Assembly: GCA_964541495.1 (NCBI GenBank)
Contig: CAZIRN010000001.1
Span: forward strand, 1-45,968
Origin: an uncultured Rikenella sp.
GTDB lineage: Bacteria > Bacteroidota > Bacteroidia > Bacteroidales > VadinHA17
Length of the DNA stretch: 45,968 nucleotides
Direction of reading: 5' to 3'
Shown here: piece after piece, positions 1-10,058 of the stretch
Position numbering within the stretch: position 1 is the first letter of the stretch
Layout of the letters: each line of letters opens with the position of its first letter
Made by a program: the position numbers and the translations under genes
Notes under the pieces: generated by a model
Told to the model about the DNA's origin: nothing
The model's database searches: none
Seen by the model: only the letters and a program-made list of their open reading frames with translations

Positions 1-873
1 AGTATTGATATCATTCACATAAGAATAAACATTTTCGGTAAAGGATGTGTTATACTGCAAGGCTATCTCAACCGGCACTTCACACTTGTCATTTACTATA
101 TAAATTGGATTCGGAATAAGAGGTTCACGGTTAACGTCGAGATACTTAACGAATTCAACCAGACCGTTTTGTGAAATAAATTCCTCATAACGGGGTTTGC
201 CGCCATTTCCGTTTTCAACAATCTCACGCATGTCTTTCAAAGTAAGCAGAATCCCACGGTTTAGAAATGCAAGTTCTCTCAACCTCGAGGACAATATTTC
301 AAAATTAAAATCAAGAGTCTGAAATATCTCGGCATCGGGTTTAAAAGTGATAATTGTACCCGTTTTATCTGTTTCGCCTGTTATAGTGACTTCTGTGACG
401 GGTTTTCCTCTTTCAAATTTCTGGGTGAATATTTTTCCTTCACGATGGACTTCAGCAAATAGCCATTCAGACAAGCCATTTACTACGGAAACACCAACAC
501 CATGAAGACCTCCGGATACTTTATAAGAATCTTTATCAAATTTCCCTCCGGCATGCAATATTGTCAGTACCACTTCAAGAGCTGATTTCTGCTCTTTCTC
601 ATGCAAACCTGTTGGGATACCTCGTCCATTATCTGCAACTGAAACGGAGCCGTCTTCGTGAATTGTAACTTCAATTTTGTTGCAATAGCCTGCCAGAGCC
701 TCATCAATAGAGTTGTCAATAACTTCATACACCAGGTGGTGCAACCCTTTCACCCCAATATCGCCTATATACATTGCAGGCCTTTTCCTTACAGCTTCAA
801 GGCCTTCGAGCACCTGGATACTCTCTGCAGAATAATCATTAACGTCAGTAACTCTTTTTTCAGTATCACTCAT
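1..873 (-). CDS. gyrB: DNA gyrase subunit B, N-terminal part (CDS continues beyond the left edge)
   Basis: Absent from the ORF track because it is truncated. My translation of the reverse strand from the ATG at 873 gives MSDTEKRVTDVNDYSAESIQVLEGLEAVRKRPAMYIGDIGVKGLHHLVYEVIDNSIDEALAGYC...VADNGRGIP...LHAGGKFDKDSYKVSGGLHGVGVSVVNGLS. These are the GHKL ATPase motifs of GyrB. The frame stays open to base 1. Confidence 0.9.
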   Translation of the reverse strand, partial: MSDTEKRVTDVNDYSAESIQVLEGLEAVRKRPAMYIGDIGVKGLHHLVYEVIDNSIDEALAGYCNKIEVTIHEDGSVSVADNGRGIPTGLHEKEQKSALEVVLTILHAGGKFDKDSYKVSGGLHGVGVSVVNGLSEWLFAEVHREGKIFTQKFERGKPVTEVTITGETDKTGTIITFKPDAEIFQTLDFNFEILSSRLRELAFLNRGILLTLKDMREIVENGNGGKPRYEEFISQNGLVEFVKYLDVNREPLIPNPIYIVNDKCEVPVEIALQYNTSFTENVYSYVNDINT

Positions 874-1194
874 TTTTCAACACTTTATTAGTCATTTATA
901 AAGCCGGAACCATTCAATGCCCTGCTTTCCGAAAAGTCGGTGACAGTGAAGAACAGCCGAAAATATTCATGAAATTTTTTCTGGTTACAAAACCATTTAC
1001 TGCTCCTGAATCCAACTTCACAATTCAAATATAAATCTTTGATTCAATGAAAATTAAATAATTCTGCAAATATACAAATAATATCCTTCGAGTGGGAATG
1101 GAAATGTAAAAAATTATCAACTATTTTCATAAGAAATAAACAGACTCTTTTTTGATGGGCATGAAATTGAATTGGCGGGATACAGATTAAACAT

Positions 1195-2919
1195 CTAAAG
1201 GCTGTATGTAAAGCCGGCCTGGAAAATGAACCTATAAGAAGGATACCATGCCCATTCATAATATCTTGAAAAAGATATATTATTGAGCTTCATCCAGAAA
1301 GAAAGGATTTTAGTATATCTGTATTCTGCTTCCAAACTAAAATTAAGATGAGCCGACATATTGATTATCTTATCGCGTATAGCCTCGAATTCGGCAGTGT
1401 TTGTTGACTGAAGCATTTTTCTTTTACCGATTGCGTTTGCCGTTATTGAAGCAAGGATTTTATCTCTCAGATTATACTTGATTGCGAATTCTGCATCCCA
1501 GTCAGGTCTGCCCCATGCCCACTGTTCATTTGTCAGCGTATATTTAAAATAGTTTGCTTCTGCATAGAAATTTAACCGGGCATTTATTTTGCCGGCTGTT
1601 TCTCCATGTAAATTAAATATTTCAATGTCGTCATAGAGTGGCAGGAAGTAGTTTCCTCTGTATATTGGAATAGAGTCTGGTGTTGAAAAGTCTCTGAAAA
1701 GATAATTGCTGAAAAGCACAAGGTTATCAGAAATAGAGTAAGAAGCAAACAGTCTGTAGTAACCTTCAATACCTGTTTCTCCTGAAAATCCGGCCTTTAC
1801 AATTAAAGGATAACTTGTCCCCCGTACTTTATATAAGGTATTGTCGGGTATAATAAAAGGATTGAATCTGATGAGTTCCCCCGGAGTGTTTTTCTCAAGT
1901 TTGCCGTTAAGCTCAGTAAAGAAATCAAGGCTGGCTGGAATTATGTTAAAAGCGAATCTCAGATCGGGGTATATCCGTAACCTGGCATTATCACCCAGGT
2001 TCCGGTCAAGAAGGATATCTGCACCAAGTTTGACATTCCATTCAGTACTGCTTTTTTTCACAAAAGGCGAGAGAGAAAAAATATATCTCGAAGATGAAGA
2101 AATAGTATCGGATGGTTTGTAATAGTCGAAATCGAGTCCTGATCCGATATAAAAACCTTTCAATTCTTTCGATGCTGCGCCTTTAAGCATTAAATTATTC
2201 TGGTAGAAGTCTTTATGTGAAGTGAAATAATTATAATTCAATCTTATATTATATGCAAGTTCCGAAGAATCGGTATTGACTGAGCTTAAACCGACATTTG
2301 CGCCAAATGAATAATAATTCAGCTTAATATCTTTTCTGGAAGGATTATAATCTGTAAATGATGTATCATAGCCATAGGCGTATCTTGTATTCTGGCTGAA
2401 ATCGATTGAACCTTCAAGAACATTTTCACTGAAAAATTTACGTCCGTAAAGTGATGCATTATTATCCATATATCCTGCAAATACTTTTTTCTGATTTTCG
2501 AGCTTAACCTTGCCGTTTGCCGAAAAATGGCCTGCATAAAAACCAATTGCTCCTTTTTTGGAGCGCAGGTTTGTGATACTGAGTTCTGCCAAAGGGGTTA
2601 TATAATTTCCAAAACCAAGTTTAATAAAGCTGTTATAAAGCTTATTCAGTGGATCAGGCACCATAGTGGCAGGTTTCAGAGGACTGATGGTATAAGTTGG
2701 AGAATAGCGCGATGTTTCAATTGCGTATTTGAATTCGGGTTTTATTCTGAATGTATCGGTCATATCGGGGAGAAAACTCTTTTTTGTCACGTCCGGCAGA
2801 GACGGTTTATAAGGGTTATAAAGGGTTATTTCTCTCTTAATAACCGGTTTCTGACCAGAAACCGAAAAAACCGGAATAATTATCAGAAATATTGTTGAAA
2901 TCAGGATATTTCTTTTCAT
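1195..2919 (-). CDS. Outer-membrane beta-barrel protein (putative porin-like family), signal peptide present
   Basis: 574-aa ORF. N-terminal signal peptide MKRNILISTIFLIIIPVFSVSGQ. Alternating hydrophobic and aromatic beta-strand pattern throughout, rich in Y/F/N/S/G. Sits 27 bp downstream of the TPR gene on the same strand. Confidence 0.6.
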   Translation of the reverse strand: MKRNILISTIFLIIIPVFSVSGQKPVIKREITLYNPYKPSLPDVTKKSFLPDMTDTFRIKPEFKYAIETSRYSPTYTISPLKPATMVPDPLNKLYNSFIKLGFGNYITPLAELSITNLRSKKGAIGFYAGHFSANGKVKLENQKKVFAGYMDNNASLYGRKFFSENVLEGSIDFSQNTRYAYGYDTSFTDYNPSRKDIKLNYYSFGANVGLSSVNTDSSELAYNIRLNYNYFTSHKDFYQNNLMLKGAASKELKGFYIGSGLDFDYYKPSDTISSSSRYIFSLSPFVKKSSTEWNVKLGADILLDRNLGDNARLRIYPDLRFAFNIIPASLDFFTELNGKLEKNTPGELIRFNPFIIPDNTLYKVRGTSYPLIVKAGFSGETGIEGYYRLFASYSISDNLVLFSNYLFRDFSTPDSIPIYRGNYFLPLYDDIEIFNLHGETAGKINARLNFYAEANYFKYTLTNEQWAWGRPDWDAEFAIKYNLRDKILASITANAIGKRKMLQSTNTAEFEAIRDKIINMSAHLNFSLEAEYRYTKILSFWMKLNNISFSRYYEWAWYPSYRFIFQAGFTYSL

Positions 2920-2946
2920 TTTACAGTTTTTAAAATATTATAATTA

Positions 2947-5900
2947 TTACTGATGAGTTGTAATGGCGTCGAGTTTTGCCTGGACTTCATTTAAAATTTC
3001 GTCGTCGGACACAGGATAGTTCTCTTTCAATCCCTGCAATATTGCTCTCGCCATGACAGTATCTCCCTTTTTCAAGCTTATATCTGCAAGAAGTATAAAC
3101 GATCTGGCCATCCAGTATTGATGGGGCGTATTCATATTAACAAATTCATTGGCAATTTTTTCGGCTTCATCAATATTTCCCAGTATCATAAGTATTTCGG
3201 CAACTCTGTATTTCGACTCGGCGCCCTGCTCGCTGGTAATTTCGCCCGCCAGTTTTCTGAATTCTCTCAATGCCTCGTTATAATGGTTCAGGCTGTAATA
3301 AGCCTTGGCTAATGTAAATGTTGCCTCCCTGACAAGCTCATCAGGTATGTTATTTGACTTTAAGATTCTTTCTGCAACACTTATGGCTTTTTCAGCATCT
3401 CCGGCTTCCCATGCCGATTTCAACTGGCCTCTCATGGCAAGTACCATAACATCCGGTTTCTCCGTAATTTTTTCAAGCTGTTCATAACAGGAAAACGACT
3501 TAAGGTAATCTTGTTTTTCATACATAAGAGATGCTGCAGAACGTAGTGCCGGTTCAAGGAATTCACTGCCGGATAATTCTATTACCTGAAGGTAATAGTT
3601 AAGTGCTTCATCTTTCTTCCCCGAAATTGAGTAACATTCAGCCAGATAATAAAGTGCATTTACACGGAAGCTGCCATTACTGAATTCCTTCAAATAATTA
3701 TTGAATACTTCTGTAGATTTGTCACAGTTCCCAGCCATGTACAGGCGCTCTCCAGACATATAAAGTAAAGAATCCCGTTCTGTCAGACTTACATCGGCAT
3801 AGCCTTTAAGAGATCTTACATAGGCAAAATACGATTCGACATCATTCATCTCGACGTAAACGTTTTTAAGACCGGTAAGTGCATACCGTGCTTCAGGAGT
3901 CGAACTATAATTTTCAATAACTTTTTTGAATTGAGCGATTGCCTTCTGGTTATCGCCTGTGTCAAAATAAAGCAAACCAAGTTGAACTATTGCGCGAGGA
4001 GCAAATGGACTCGACGGGTAGGAAGATACAATCTGGTTAAAATCTGCCTCACCCTTCGCATTATCTTTCAGGATAATATATGCTCTTCCTCTTTCGAAAA
4101 GGGCTCCGGGAAGATATTTGGAGGAGGGATACATAGATATAAGTTTTGACAATGTTTCTGCTTTTGACTTATGGTTATTCATCAAACCGAGGGAAAATCC
4201 TTTCTGATAGAGAGCATAGTCGGCATCCGTTTTACCATATTCTATTACCTTATTATAATATTCAATTGCTTCAGAATATTTTGTATCAATAAAATAGCAG
4301 TCGGCAATTCTGTTTCGTGCATCTATCAAAATATCGGGCCGTACATTTGTGGCTGACGATTCGAAAGATTTAAAATGTACAAGGGCACCGGAATAATCCT
4401 TCAAATTAAAAAGTGCATATCCTAAATTATATCTTACAAGGCTATATTCATTGAGTAGCATTGATCCCGGGATACCCATAAAAGCCTGATAGTCGGCAAT
4501 AGCCTTTTCATATTGTCCGAGCCTGTAATATGCCTCACCTCTCCAGTAAATAGCACGAGCCTTCAATTGTCTGTTATATTTTTCGTATTTCAGCGATTTG
4601 TCGAACATATCTATTGACGCTGCAAGTTCCAAATTATTAAAAAGTTCGAGCCCACGGTAGAAAGCCACTCTCTGATATGCTTCTTCGAATCTCGCGTCTT
4701 TATTCAATATTTTATCAAGGGATGCAAGTGCATCCTTATAGTTTTTAATCTGAGTATATACTGAAATAAGCATATTATATACCTCTTCGATCTTATCAGA
4801 GCCGGGATAAAGTTCTATATAATCCTGTAAGGCTCTTATAGCTTCCCCGAATGGTGAATATGAAGTTTCGTAAAGTAGTTTTGCATAATTAAACAATGCT
4901 TCCTCGCGTATTTGAGGGTCAAAATTGAGTTGTGATGCCTGGCCTAAAGCAAATTTCGACCGGGTCATATCTCCTTTTTTCAGATAGCAATCGCCAAGTA
5001 TTAGCCACACATTCTGACTTAGTATATCAGGCTTAGCAGTCAGCTCGAGAAAAATCTTTATTGCTTTATCGTACTCCCCGGTCATATAATAGCAATAGGC
5101 AAGCTCATATTTATCCTCTCTCCCGCTCGCTTTTGCACCTGCTACATATTTTTCAAGATAAGGGGCAGCTTCACTATAATTGCCTTTATTATAATAAGCG
5201 TCGCCGATAAACCTGTAAAGTTCAACTGCTCTCTGTTTACCGGCAGATTTAAGTAAGCCCGGGGCAATTGAAAGAATTCCGTCATAATCTTTGTGAAAAT
5301 ACATTATCTGAGCAATATAGAAAGGAACCACACTGCCGAATGTCTCATCGTCGCGCAGTTTCATAAAACCGTCGAGAGCGGTTTCATATTTGCCCTCCTC
5401 GTAAGCAATATGAGAAAAGTAATAAAGTGCAGGCGAGGTATAATATGTATCAATATCTTTGATTTCATTGAACATCAGAAGAGCTGTCTGTTTGTCTCCT
5501 GTCATCATAGCCGAATAGCCATATCTGAAGCAAAATTCCGTGAGTTTTTCCCCTGTAAGAAGCATGCGGTTTATACGCTGGTAATATGAAGCGGCTTTTC
5601 TGTAATTCTTATTCTGATAGAAATAGTCTCCGAGAGACATTGTTGCATCGTTCACCAGTTCACTTTCAGGGTATGTTGCAATAAACCGTGTCATTTTATA
5701 TTCGGCATCGGGATGAAAAAGCTTCAATGAAGCCATTGCGCTGAAAAATTCTGCATTGCATTTTCTGTTAAGGTTTTCGTCGGCATTATTACTAAGGTAA
5801 GCATCCAAAAACCTGATTGCTGCCGGGAATTTTTCTTTTTCATAAAATTCCATTCCCTTAAGGTATTCCGAGCTTATGCTTTCCTGCATAAATGAAACCT

Positions 5901-5961
5901 GTGCAGTGAGGCTGTTTACTGTGAAGATGAGAACTGATATTGAAATTAACCTGCTGTTCAT
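2947..5961 (-). CDS. Large secreted tetratricopeptide-repeat (TPR) protein
   Basis: 1004-aa ORF. Signal peptide MNSRLISISVLIFTVNSLTAQ. Dozens of degenerate 34-residue TPR-like units, with recurrent A..Y..G.YY....Y..A...F patterns along the whole length. Confidence 0.8.
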   Translation of the reverse strand: MNSRLISISVLIFTVNSLTAQVSFMQESISSEYLKGMEFYEKEKFPAAIRFLDAYLSNNADENLNRKCNAEFFSAMASLKLFHPDAEYKMTRFIATYPESELVNDATMSLGDYFYQNKNYRKAASYYQRINRMLLTGEKLTEFCFRYGYSAMMTGDKQTALLMFNEIKDIDTYYTSPALYYFSHIAYEEGKYETALDGFMKLRDDETFGSVVPFYIAQIMYFHKDYDGILSIAPGLLKSAGKQRAVELYRFIGDAYYNKGNYSEAAPYLEKYVAGAKASGREDKYELAYCYYMTGEYDKAIKIFLELTAKPDILSQNVWLILGDCYLKKGDMTRSKFALGQASQLNFDPQIREEALFNYAKLLYETSYSPFGEAIRALQDYIELYPGSDKIEEVYNMLISVYTQIKNYKDALASLDKILNKDARFEEAYQRVAFYRGLELFNNLELAASIDMFDKSLKYEKYNRQLKARAIYWRGEAYYRLGQYEKAIADYQAFMGIPGSMLLNEYSLVRYNLGYALFNLKDYSGALVHFKSFESSATNVRPDILIDARNRIADCYFIDTKYSEAIEYYNKVIEYGKTDADYALYQKGFSLGLMNNHKSKAETLSKLISMYPSSKYLPGALFERGRAYIILKDNAKGEADFNQIVSSYPSSPFAPRAIVQLGLLYFDTGDNQKAIAQFKKVIENYSSTPEARYALTGLKNVYVEMNDVESYFAYVRSLKGYADVSLTERDSLLYMSGERLYMAGNCDKSTEVFNNYLKEFSNGSFRVNALYYLAECYSISGKKDEALNYYLQVIELSGSEFLEPALRSAASLMYEKQDYLKSFSCYEQLEKITEKPDVMVLAMRGQLKSAWEAGDAEKAISVAERILKSNNIPDELVREATFTLAKAYYSLNHYNEALREFRKLAGEITSEQGAESKYRVAEILMILGNIDEAEKIANEFVNMNTPHQYWMARSFILLADISLKKGDTVMARAILQGLKENYPVSDDEILNEVQAKLDAITTHQ

Positions 5962-6139
5962 AACTTTTTAATACATTGAAATTTCGTGCATAGTGCAAAG
6001 ATGCAGAAAAAAAGAAATCATTAAAATCAGACATAAAAATACAATTTATTAACGGCAGCTATTTTGCTTTATTACCGAATTTATTAACAACTCAATATTA
6101 GTTATCAATTCTTTGATTATTTTGGCAAAAATAAGTTTC

Positions 6140-6850
6140 ATGGAGGATATTCATTCACTCGGCTCTATTATTGAATTCAACGGTTGCACTATCTGGCAAC
6201 AGGATCATCTTGTACTTACCGATGTCAGCTTCTCTGTAAAAAGAAGTGAATTTCTCTATCTTATAGGTAAAGTTGGTAGTGGGAAAACAAGTCTGATAAA
6301 AACTATTAATGCACAGATTCCTCTCAAAGATGGTGAAGCAATCGTTGCAGGATTCAATTTACGGAAGCTCAAAAAAAAGCAAGTCCCATATCTGAGAAGA
6401 AAGCTTGGTATTGTATTCCAGGATTTTCAACTTCTTACCGACAGAAATGTTCACGACAATCTGGAGTTTGTATTGAAGGCAACAGGCTGGAAAAACAAAA
6501 GAGAAATAGAAACAAGAATTACTGAAGTACTGGATAAGGTGGGACTTGGTCTGAAAGGATATAAAATGACTCATCAGCTTTCAGGAGGTGAACAGCAGAG
6601 GGTTGTGATAGGCAGGGCTTTATTGAACGATCCTGATATAATACTTGCCGATGAACCGACAGGGAATCTCGACCCTGATACGTCCGATGGAATTATCAGG
6701 TTGCTTCAGGAAATCAATAAAACCGGAAGGGCTGTGATAGTTGCCACTCATAATTATACACTTCTTAAGAGATATCCGTCACGTACCCTGAAATGCGAAA
6801 ATGAAAAACTTACTGAGTTAAAAGAAGAGGAAAATACCGGTTTTATATGA
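6140..6850 (+). CDS. ftsE: Cell-division ABC ATPase FtsE-like
   Basis: Walker A GKVGSGKTS, signature LSGGEQQRVVIGRAL, Walker B IILADEPTGNLD, and an H-loop ATHN. Size about 236 aa. The track start at 6113 is TTG, and the in-frame ATG at 6140 is more likely. No ftsX is adjacent. Confidence 0.8.
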   Translation: MEDIHSLGSIIEFNGCTIWQQDHLVLTDVSFSVKRSEFLYLIGKVGSGKTSLIKTINAQIPLKDGEAIVAGFNLRKLKKKQVPYLRRKLGIVFQDFQLLTDRNVHDNLEFVLKATGWKNKREIETRITEVLDKVGLGLKGYKMTHQLSGGEQQRVVIGRALLNDPDIILADEPTGNLDPDTSDGIIRLLQEINKTGRAVIVATHNYTLLKRYPSRTLKCENEKLTELKEEENTGFI

Positions 6851-6898
6851 TTATTTATTCTTTGCCAGAAAGTACAGAACAGAGAAAATTTTCCCACA

Positions 6899-7804
6899 TT
6901 ATTTGAAAATATTCAAAGGCCAGGGAAGAGAATTCTTATAGATACGATAGTAAGGTTTATTCACGCTTCCAAATGACTCCATGAATGATGCTATAGAAGG
7001 AATTGAAGAACCGGCAAAATCAAGAATAACCTCTTTGCCTGCATTCTCTTCGATTATCTTATTTATGAAATAGTAGTTAAACCGTCCTTCTCTTCCTGCC
7101 GGAGTGTTGACTACAAAAAACAAGTTAATATATCCTGGAAGGTTAAAATAAAACTGTCCGAAAAGAATGTTTTTATCAGCTCCTTTCACACCCTCTATTC
7201 TACCCTTCTCCTGTTGGATACAGAACTTCATAAGGTTTAAAAGACGTTTAAGGTCTCTTTGTTTAACGCCTTTAATAATTTTCTTCTTTGTACGGACAAA
7301 AACTTCAATAAGTTGTTCAGGTTCAATATCGTAAGTAAGTTCGATTTTCTTTCTTCCTGCTTTCTCAATATTTTTCCTGCAAGAATGGGAAAAATTATTC
7401 CATAGAACATTATAAGGTTTTGAGAGGTCAAGTTCATAGTTTGCTCTTTCAAAAACCTTGAATCCGTCACGTTCAATTTTTTGTCCGACACATAAATCAA
7501 GAAGTTTATAAAACTCAGGAAGATAATCGAGAAATTCGTTAATAGCTTTCCCCGGCGACTTATCTGGTGAAAAAGCGCCTAATTGCTGCAGAAATACAGG
7601 CGTTGTAATATATCTGATACCTATCTTTTTTCTTACCGGGAGCGGAAATACCGAATCATATTCATCATCTATAAGGGCCTCCCATCCGGGAGCCATAATA
7701 TCGAGAAACCATGAGAAGGCATAAGGTTTTAATACCCTGGAATTTCGAATGCATATATCCCATTGCTTTCTGTCAATTTCCCGATTTTTGAGGTAAATAA
7801 TCAT
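6899..7804 (-). CDS. Conserved hypothetical protein, GNAT/FemAB-like acyltransferase fold suspected
   Basis: 301-aa ORF. The N-terminus (IYLKNREIDRKQWDICIRNS...YAFSWFLDIMAPGWEALI) resembles a family that I recall as widely annotated GNAT-family or hypothetical in Bacteroidota. ATGA start/stop overlap with the upstream gene. Confidence 0.45.
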   Translation of the reverse strand: MIIYLKNREIDRKQWDICIRNSRVLKPYAFSWFLDIMAPGWEALIDDEYDSVFPLPVRKKIGIRYITTPVFLQQLGAFSPDKSPGKAINEFLDYLPEFYKLLDLCVGQKIERDGFKVFERANYELDLSKPYNVLWNNFSHSCRKNIEKAGRKKIELTYDIEPEQLIEVFVRTKKKIIKGVKQRDLKRLLNLMKFCIQQEKGRIEGVKGADKNILFGQFYFNLPGYINLFFVVNTPAGREGRFNYYFINKIIEENAGKEVILDFAGSSIPSIASFMESFGSVNKPYYRIYKNSLPWPLNIFK

Positions 7805-9114
7805 TTGTTCTGATAGTTCAGGGTATTTTCAAAAACCTTTTTCCACTCTGTTGCTTTCTTTCCCTCTGCCAAAGTTTTGTTATGCCAGACCGATTGAAAC
7901 AATCCTCCTGCATTCCTTGTTTCGTCAATAAGTTTTTCAATAACTGACATAGACTCTTCAGGTTTAAATTTTTTATACTGGATAAGAGTCGCATCCATTA
8001 TCTGAAACGGGAAAATAAGCAGATTTGTTTTTCTTTCTGATGACAAATCATAAAAAAAGAAAGGATTTGAGGTGCCTGCTCTGAATCCGGGTTCATCCGG
8101 ATAGCCCATAGAATAATCTTCGCTGAAACCTGCATTTATTAGATTAGAATATGAATCAGGGAACTTCAGCCTTATAAAATGATACCTGGCAGCAAATATA
8201 TCATTTTTGGTTATCTGGCATAAACGTTCCTTTTCCATATTAAGTTTTGAGGCATTCCCGCATGAATAATAAGAAGGATGAAGACCTGTTTTTGTTTTTC
8301 CCGCAATTTCTGCAATAAGTTTTCGGTAATCATCATGTTGATACGACGGCCATCTGTCATAATCCGTCCTGTCGCCAACAGGAAAAAAGATTATTATCCG
8401 GTTACTGTTTTCAATAGTCCTGGAAAAAATATAATCAAATACATCCCATGGGTCTTTCTGTTTCCTCGATACTATACGATATCTTTCTAAAGCATCTGTA
8501 TCTTTTTTACCTATATCACGTAGAAACCCTCCTATATTCCTGAACATATCCTTACCGAGGTATTTAAAAGGCTCATCAACATCGAAAGTTATAATTGCCG
8601 TGAATATATTTCTTTTAAAAACCACATTTGGAAATTTCAGAATTAGCAACCTTGCAAGCTCTTTAACCCATAAATTTATAACTGGTTTTTGAAGGAAGCC
8701 ATGCCGGAAGGCAAGACTCGAGGAAGCAGGGAAACGTCCATGAATATCAGGTTCAAAATCAAGATATTCTTCATACCTGGTCATAAGAAAGAATGTCGCT
8801 GAGAAAATATCGAAAGGAAAGTCAGACTGACCGTCCGATTGAAAAAAAACCGGAAGCCCTTTCCACCATGTTACAGATAAATTGAGATTTCTTATTCCGG
8901 TTTCAGAAAGAAAACCAGAGGGTATAATTTTAAAAGTTCCTTTTATCTCCTCATTGGAATAATTAATAACAGGACTTTTACCAAGTTTTCTTCTGTCACT
9001 GATTATTTCAAAAGGTACTCCCAGAAGTTCTGATAAGATAAATTCGGAAATATACCCGAGCCTCGGGGTAAGTGTGCGGGTAAATATTTTTACAATTAAA
9101 ATATCCATAAGCAC
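7801..9114 (-). CDS. Polysaccharide-deacetylase-like family protein (Bacteroidota-conserved, function unknown)
   Basis: 437-aa ORF. The N-terminal LTPRLGYISEFIL motif and the central FDVDEP stretch resemble proteins I recall as annotated polysaccharide deacetylase family in Bacteroidota. Translationally coupled (ATGA) to 6899-7804. Confidence 0.5.
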   Translation of the reverse strand: MLMDILIVKIFTRTLTPRLGYISEFILSELLGVPFEIISDRRKLGKSPVINYSNEEIKGTFKIIPSGFLSETGIRNLNLSVTWWKGLPVFFQSDGQSDFPFDIFSATFFLMTRYEEYLDFEPDIHGRFPASSSLAFRHGFLQKPVINLWVKELARLLILKFPNVVFKRNIFTAIITFDVDEPFKYLGKDMFRNIGGFLRDIGKKDTDALERYRIVSRKQKDPWDVFDYIFSRTIENSNRIIIFFPVGDRTDYDRWPSYQHDDYRKLIAEIAGKTKTGLHPSYYSCGNASKLNMEKERLCQITKNDIFAARYHFIRLKFPDSYSNLINAGFSEDYSMGYPDEPGFRAGTSNPFFFYDLSSERKTNLLIFPFQIMDATLIQYKKFKPEESMSVIEKLIDETRNAGGLFQSVWHNKTLAEGKKATEWKKVFENTLNYQNK

Positions 9115-9259
9115 AAATTTAGAGAAATATAAATATGAATAAAAGACTTTTTACTATTGGAAATAAATAGTGAATACTTTTAAAACCTTAAATTTCAATT
9201 ATTACTTTTCTCTATGTTTGTTTGCTTTAATATAAAAAAAGGAATGACTATTTCTATAC

Positions 9260-9285
9260 AAAAAAAGGGCTCATTTCTGAGCCCC
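9260..9285 (-). terminator. Rho-independent terminator downstream of csp
   Basis: On the minus strand this reads GGGGCTCA-gaaa-TGAGCCC followed by TTTTTTT. It lies 30 bp after the csp stop codon. Confidence 0.65.
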
Positions 9286-9315
9286 TTAATAGTTTTCTTA
9301 GTAAACGGTAAAAGG

Positions 9316-9510
9316 TTATTCAGCTTTCCTTACTTTCACGGCAACAGGTCCTTTTTCTCTTTCTTCAATTTCGAATTCAACAGCCTCGCCTGTTTCAAGA
9401 ACTTTAATGCCCTCAAGACCAGTACGGTGTACAAAGATATCTTTGTTGTCTTCAGTTTGAATAAAACCGTAACCTTTAACTCTGTCGTACCATTTTACAT
9501 TACCTTTCAT
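9316..9510 (-). CDS. csp: Cold-shock protein (CspA family, S1-like OB fold)
   Basis: 64 aa: MKGNVKWYDRVKGYGFIQTEDNKDIFVHRTGL, with RNP1-like KGYGFI and RNP2-like VFVH motifs. Confidence 0.95.
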   Translation of the reverse strand: MKGNVKWYDRVKGYGFIQTEDNKDIFVHRTGLEGIKVLETGEAVEFEIEEREKGPVAVKVRKAE

Positions 9511-9528
9511 TGTTGTAGTTTTTAATTT

Positions 9529-9831
9529 TTATCTTAAATTTTCTCTCCTTCTTTGTCCATTATTATTCCTTTTAAAATTTCTTCGTTCTGGCTTTTCAAC
9601 TGATTCGTTGACAATAATATTACGCCCCTTTACTTCGGAACCATTAAGTTCCTTTATAGCTCTTTTTGCATTGGCTTCGTCAGGCATTTCAACAAAACCA
9701 AAGCCTTTGCTTCTTCCGGAGTACCTGTCAGTAATTATCCTTGCGGATGTTACTTCACCGTATTCCTCAAAAATTTCTCTTAATTCTGTTTCCTGCATTT
9801 TAAAATTCAGGCTACCAACATAAATGTTCAT
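9529..9831 (-). CDS. RRM-type (RNP-1) RNA-binding protein with basic C-terminal tail
   Basis: 100 aa. RNP2 IYVGSL, RNP1 KGFGFVEM, and a tail RRNFKRNNNGQRRRENLR. Sits 18 bp upstream of csp on the same strand. Confidence 0.9.
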   Translation of the reverse strand: MNIYVGSLNFKMQETELREIFEEYGEVTSARIITDRYSGRSKGFGFVEMPDEANAKRAIKELNGSEVKGRNIIVNESVEKPERRNFKRNNNGQRRRENLR

Positions 9832-10058
9832 GATAAATTAGTTTAAAATATAAAACAGCAACAAAGGTGATGTAAATTTTCTGAATAACAAAATATATTA
9901 ATTATTATTCTCATAGCTGTGTCATTAATCTGAATTTTTATCTCAATGATGATTTATGAGACTATATCATTAATTGCACTACCTGAATCTAATATGAAAG
10001 TTTTTATATCTTTGCCTCTTCTTTAAGAAAATTTAATTTAAAATAAACCTGTTATATT

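Noticed and set aside
1044-1259. 71-aa minus-strand ORF between gyrB and the barrel gene
   Set aside because: It overlaps the 3' end of the 574-aa barrel gene in another frame, has no motifs, and lies in the likely gyrB promoter and leader region.
2947-5961. Calling the 1004-aa TPR protein the T9SS component PorW/SprE
   Set aside because: PorW/SprE is a lipoprotein. This protein has a type-I-like signal peptide without a lipobox Cys, and no other T9SS genes are nearby.
9214-9525. 103-aa plus-strand ORF overlapping csp
   Set aside because: It is antisense to an unmistakable CspA-family gene and runs through that gene's terminator hairpin. It has no recognisable features.
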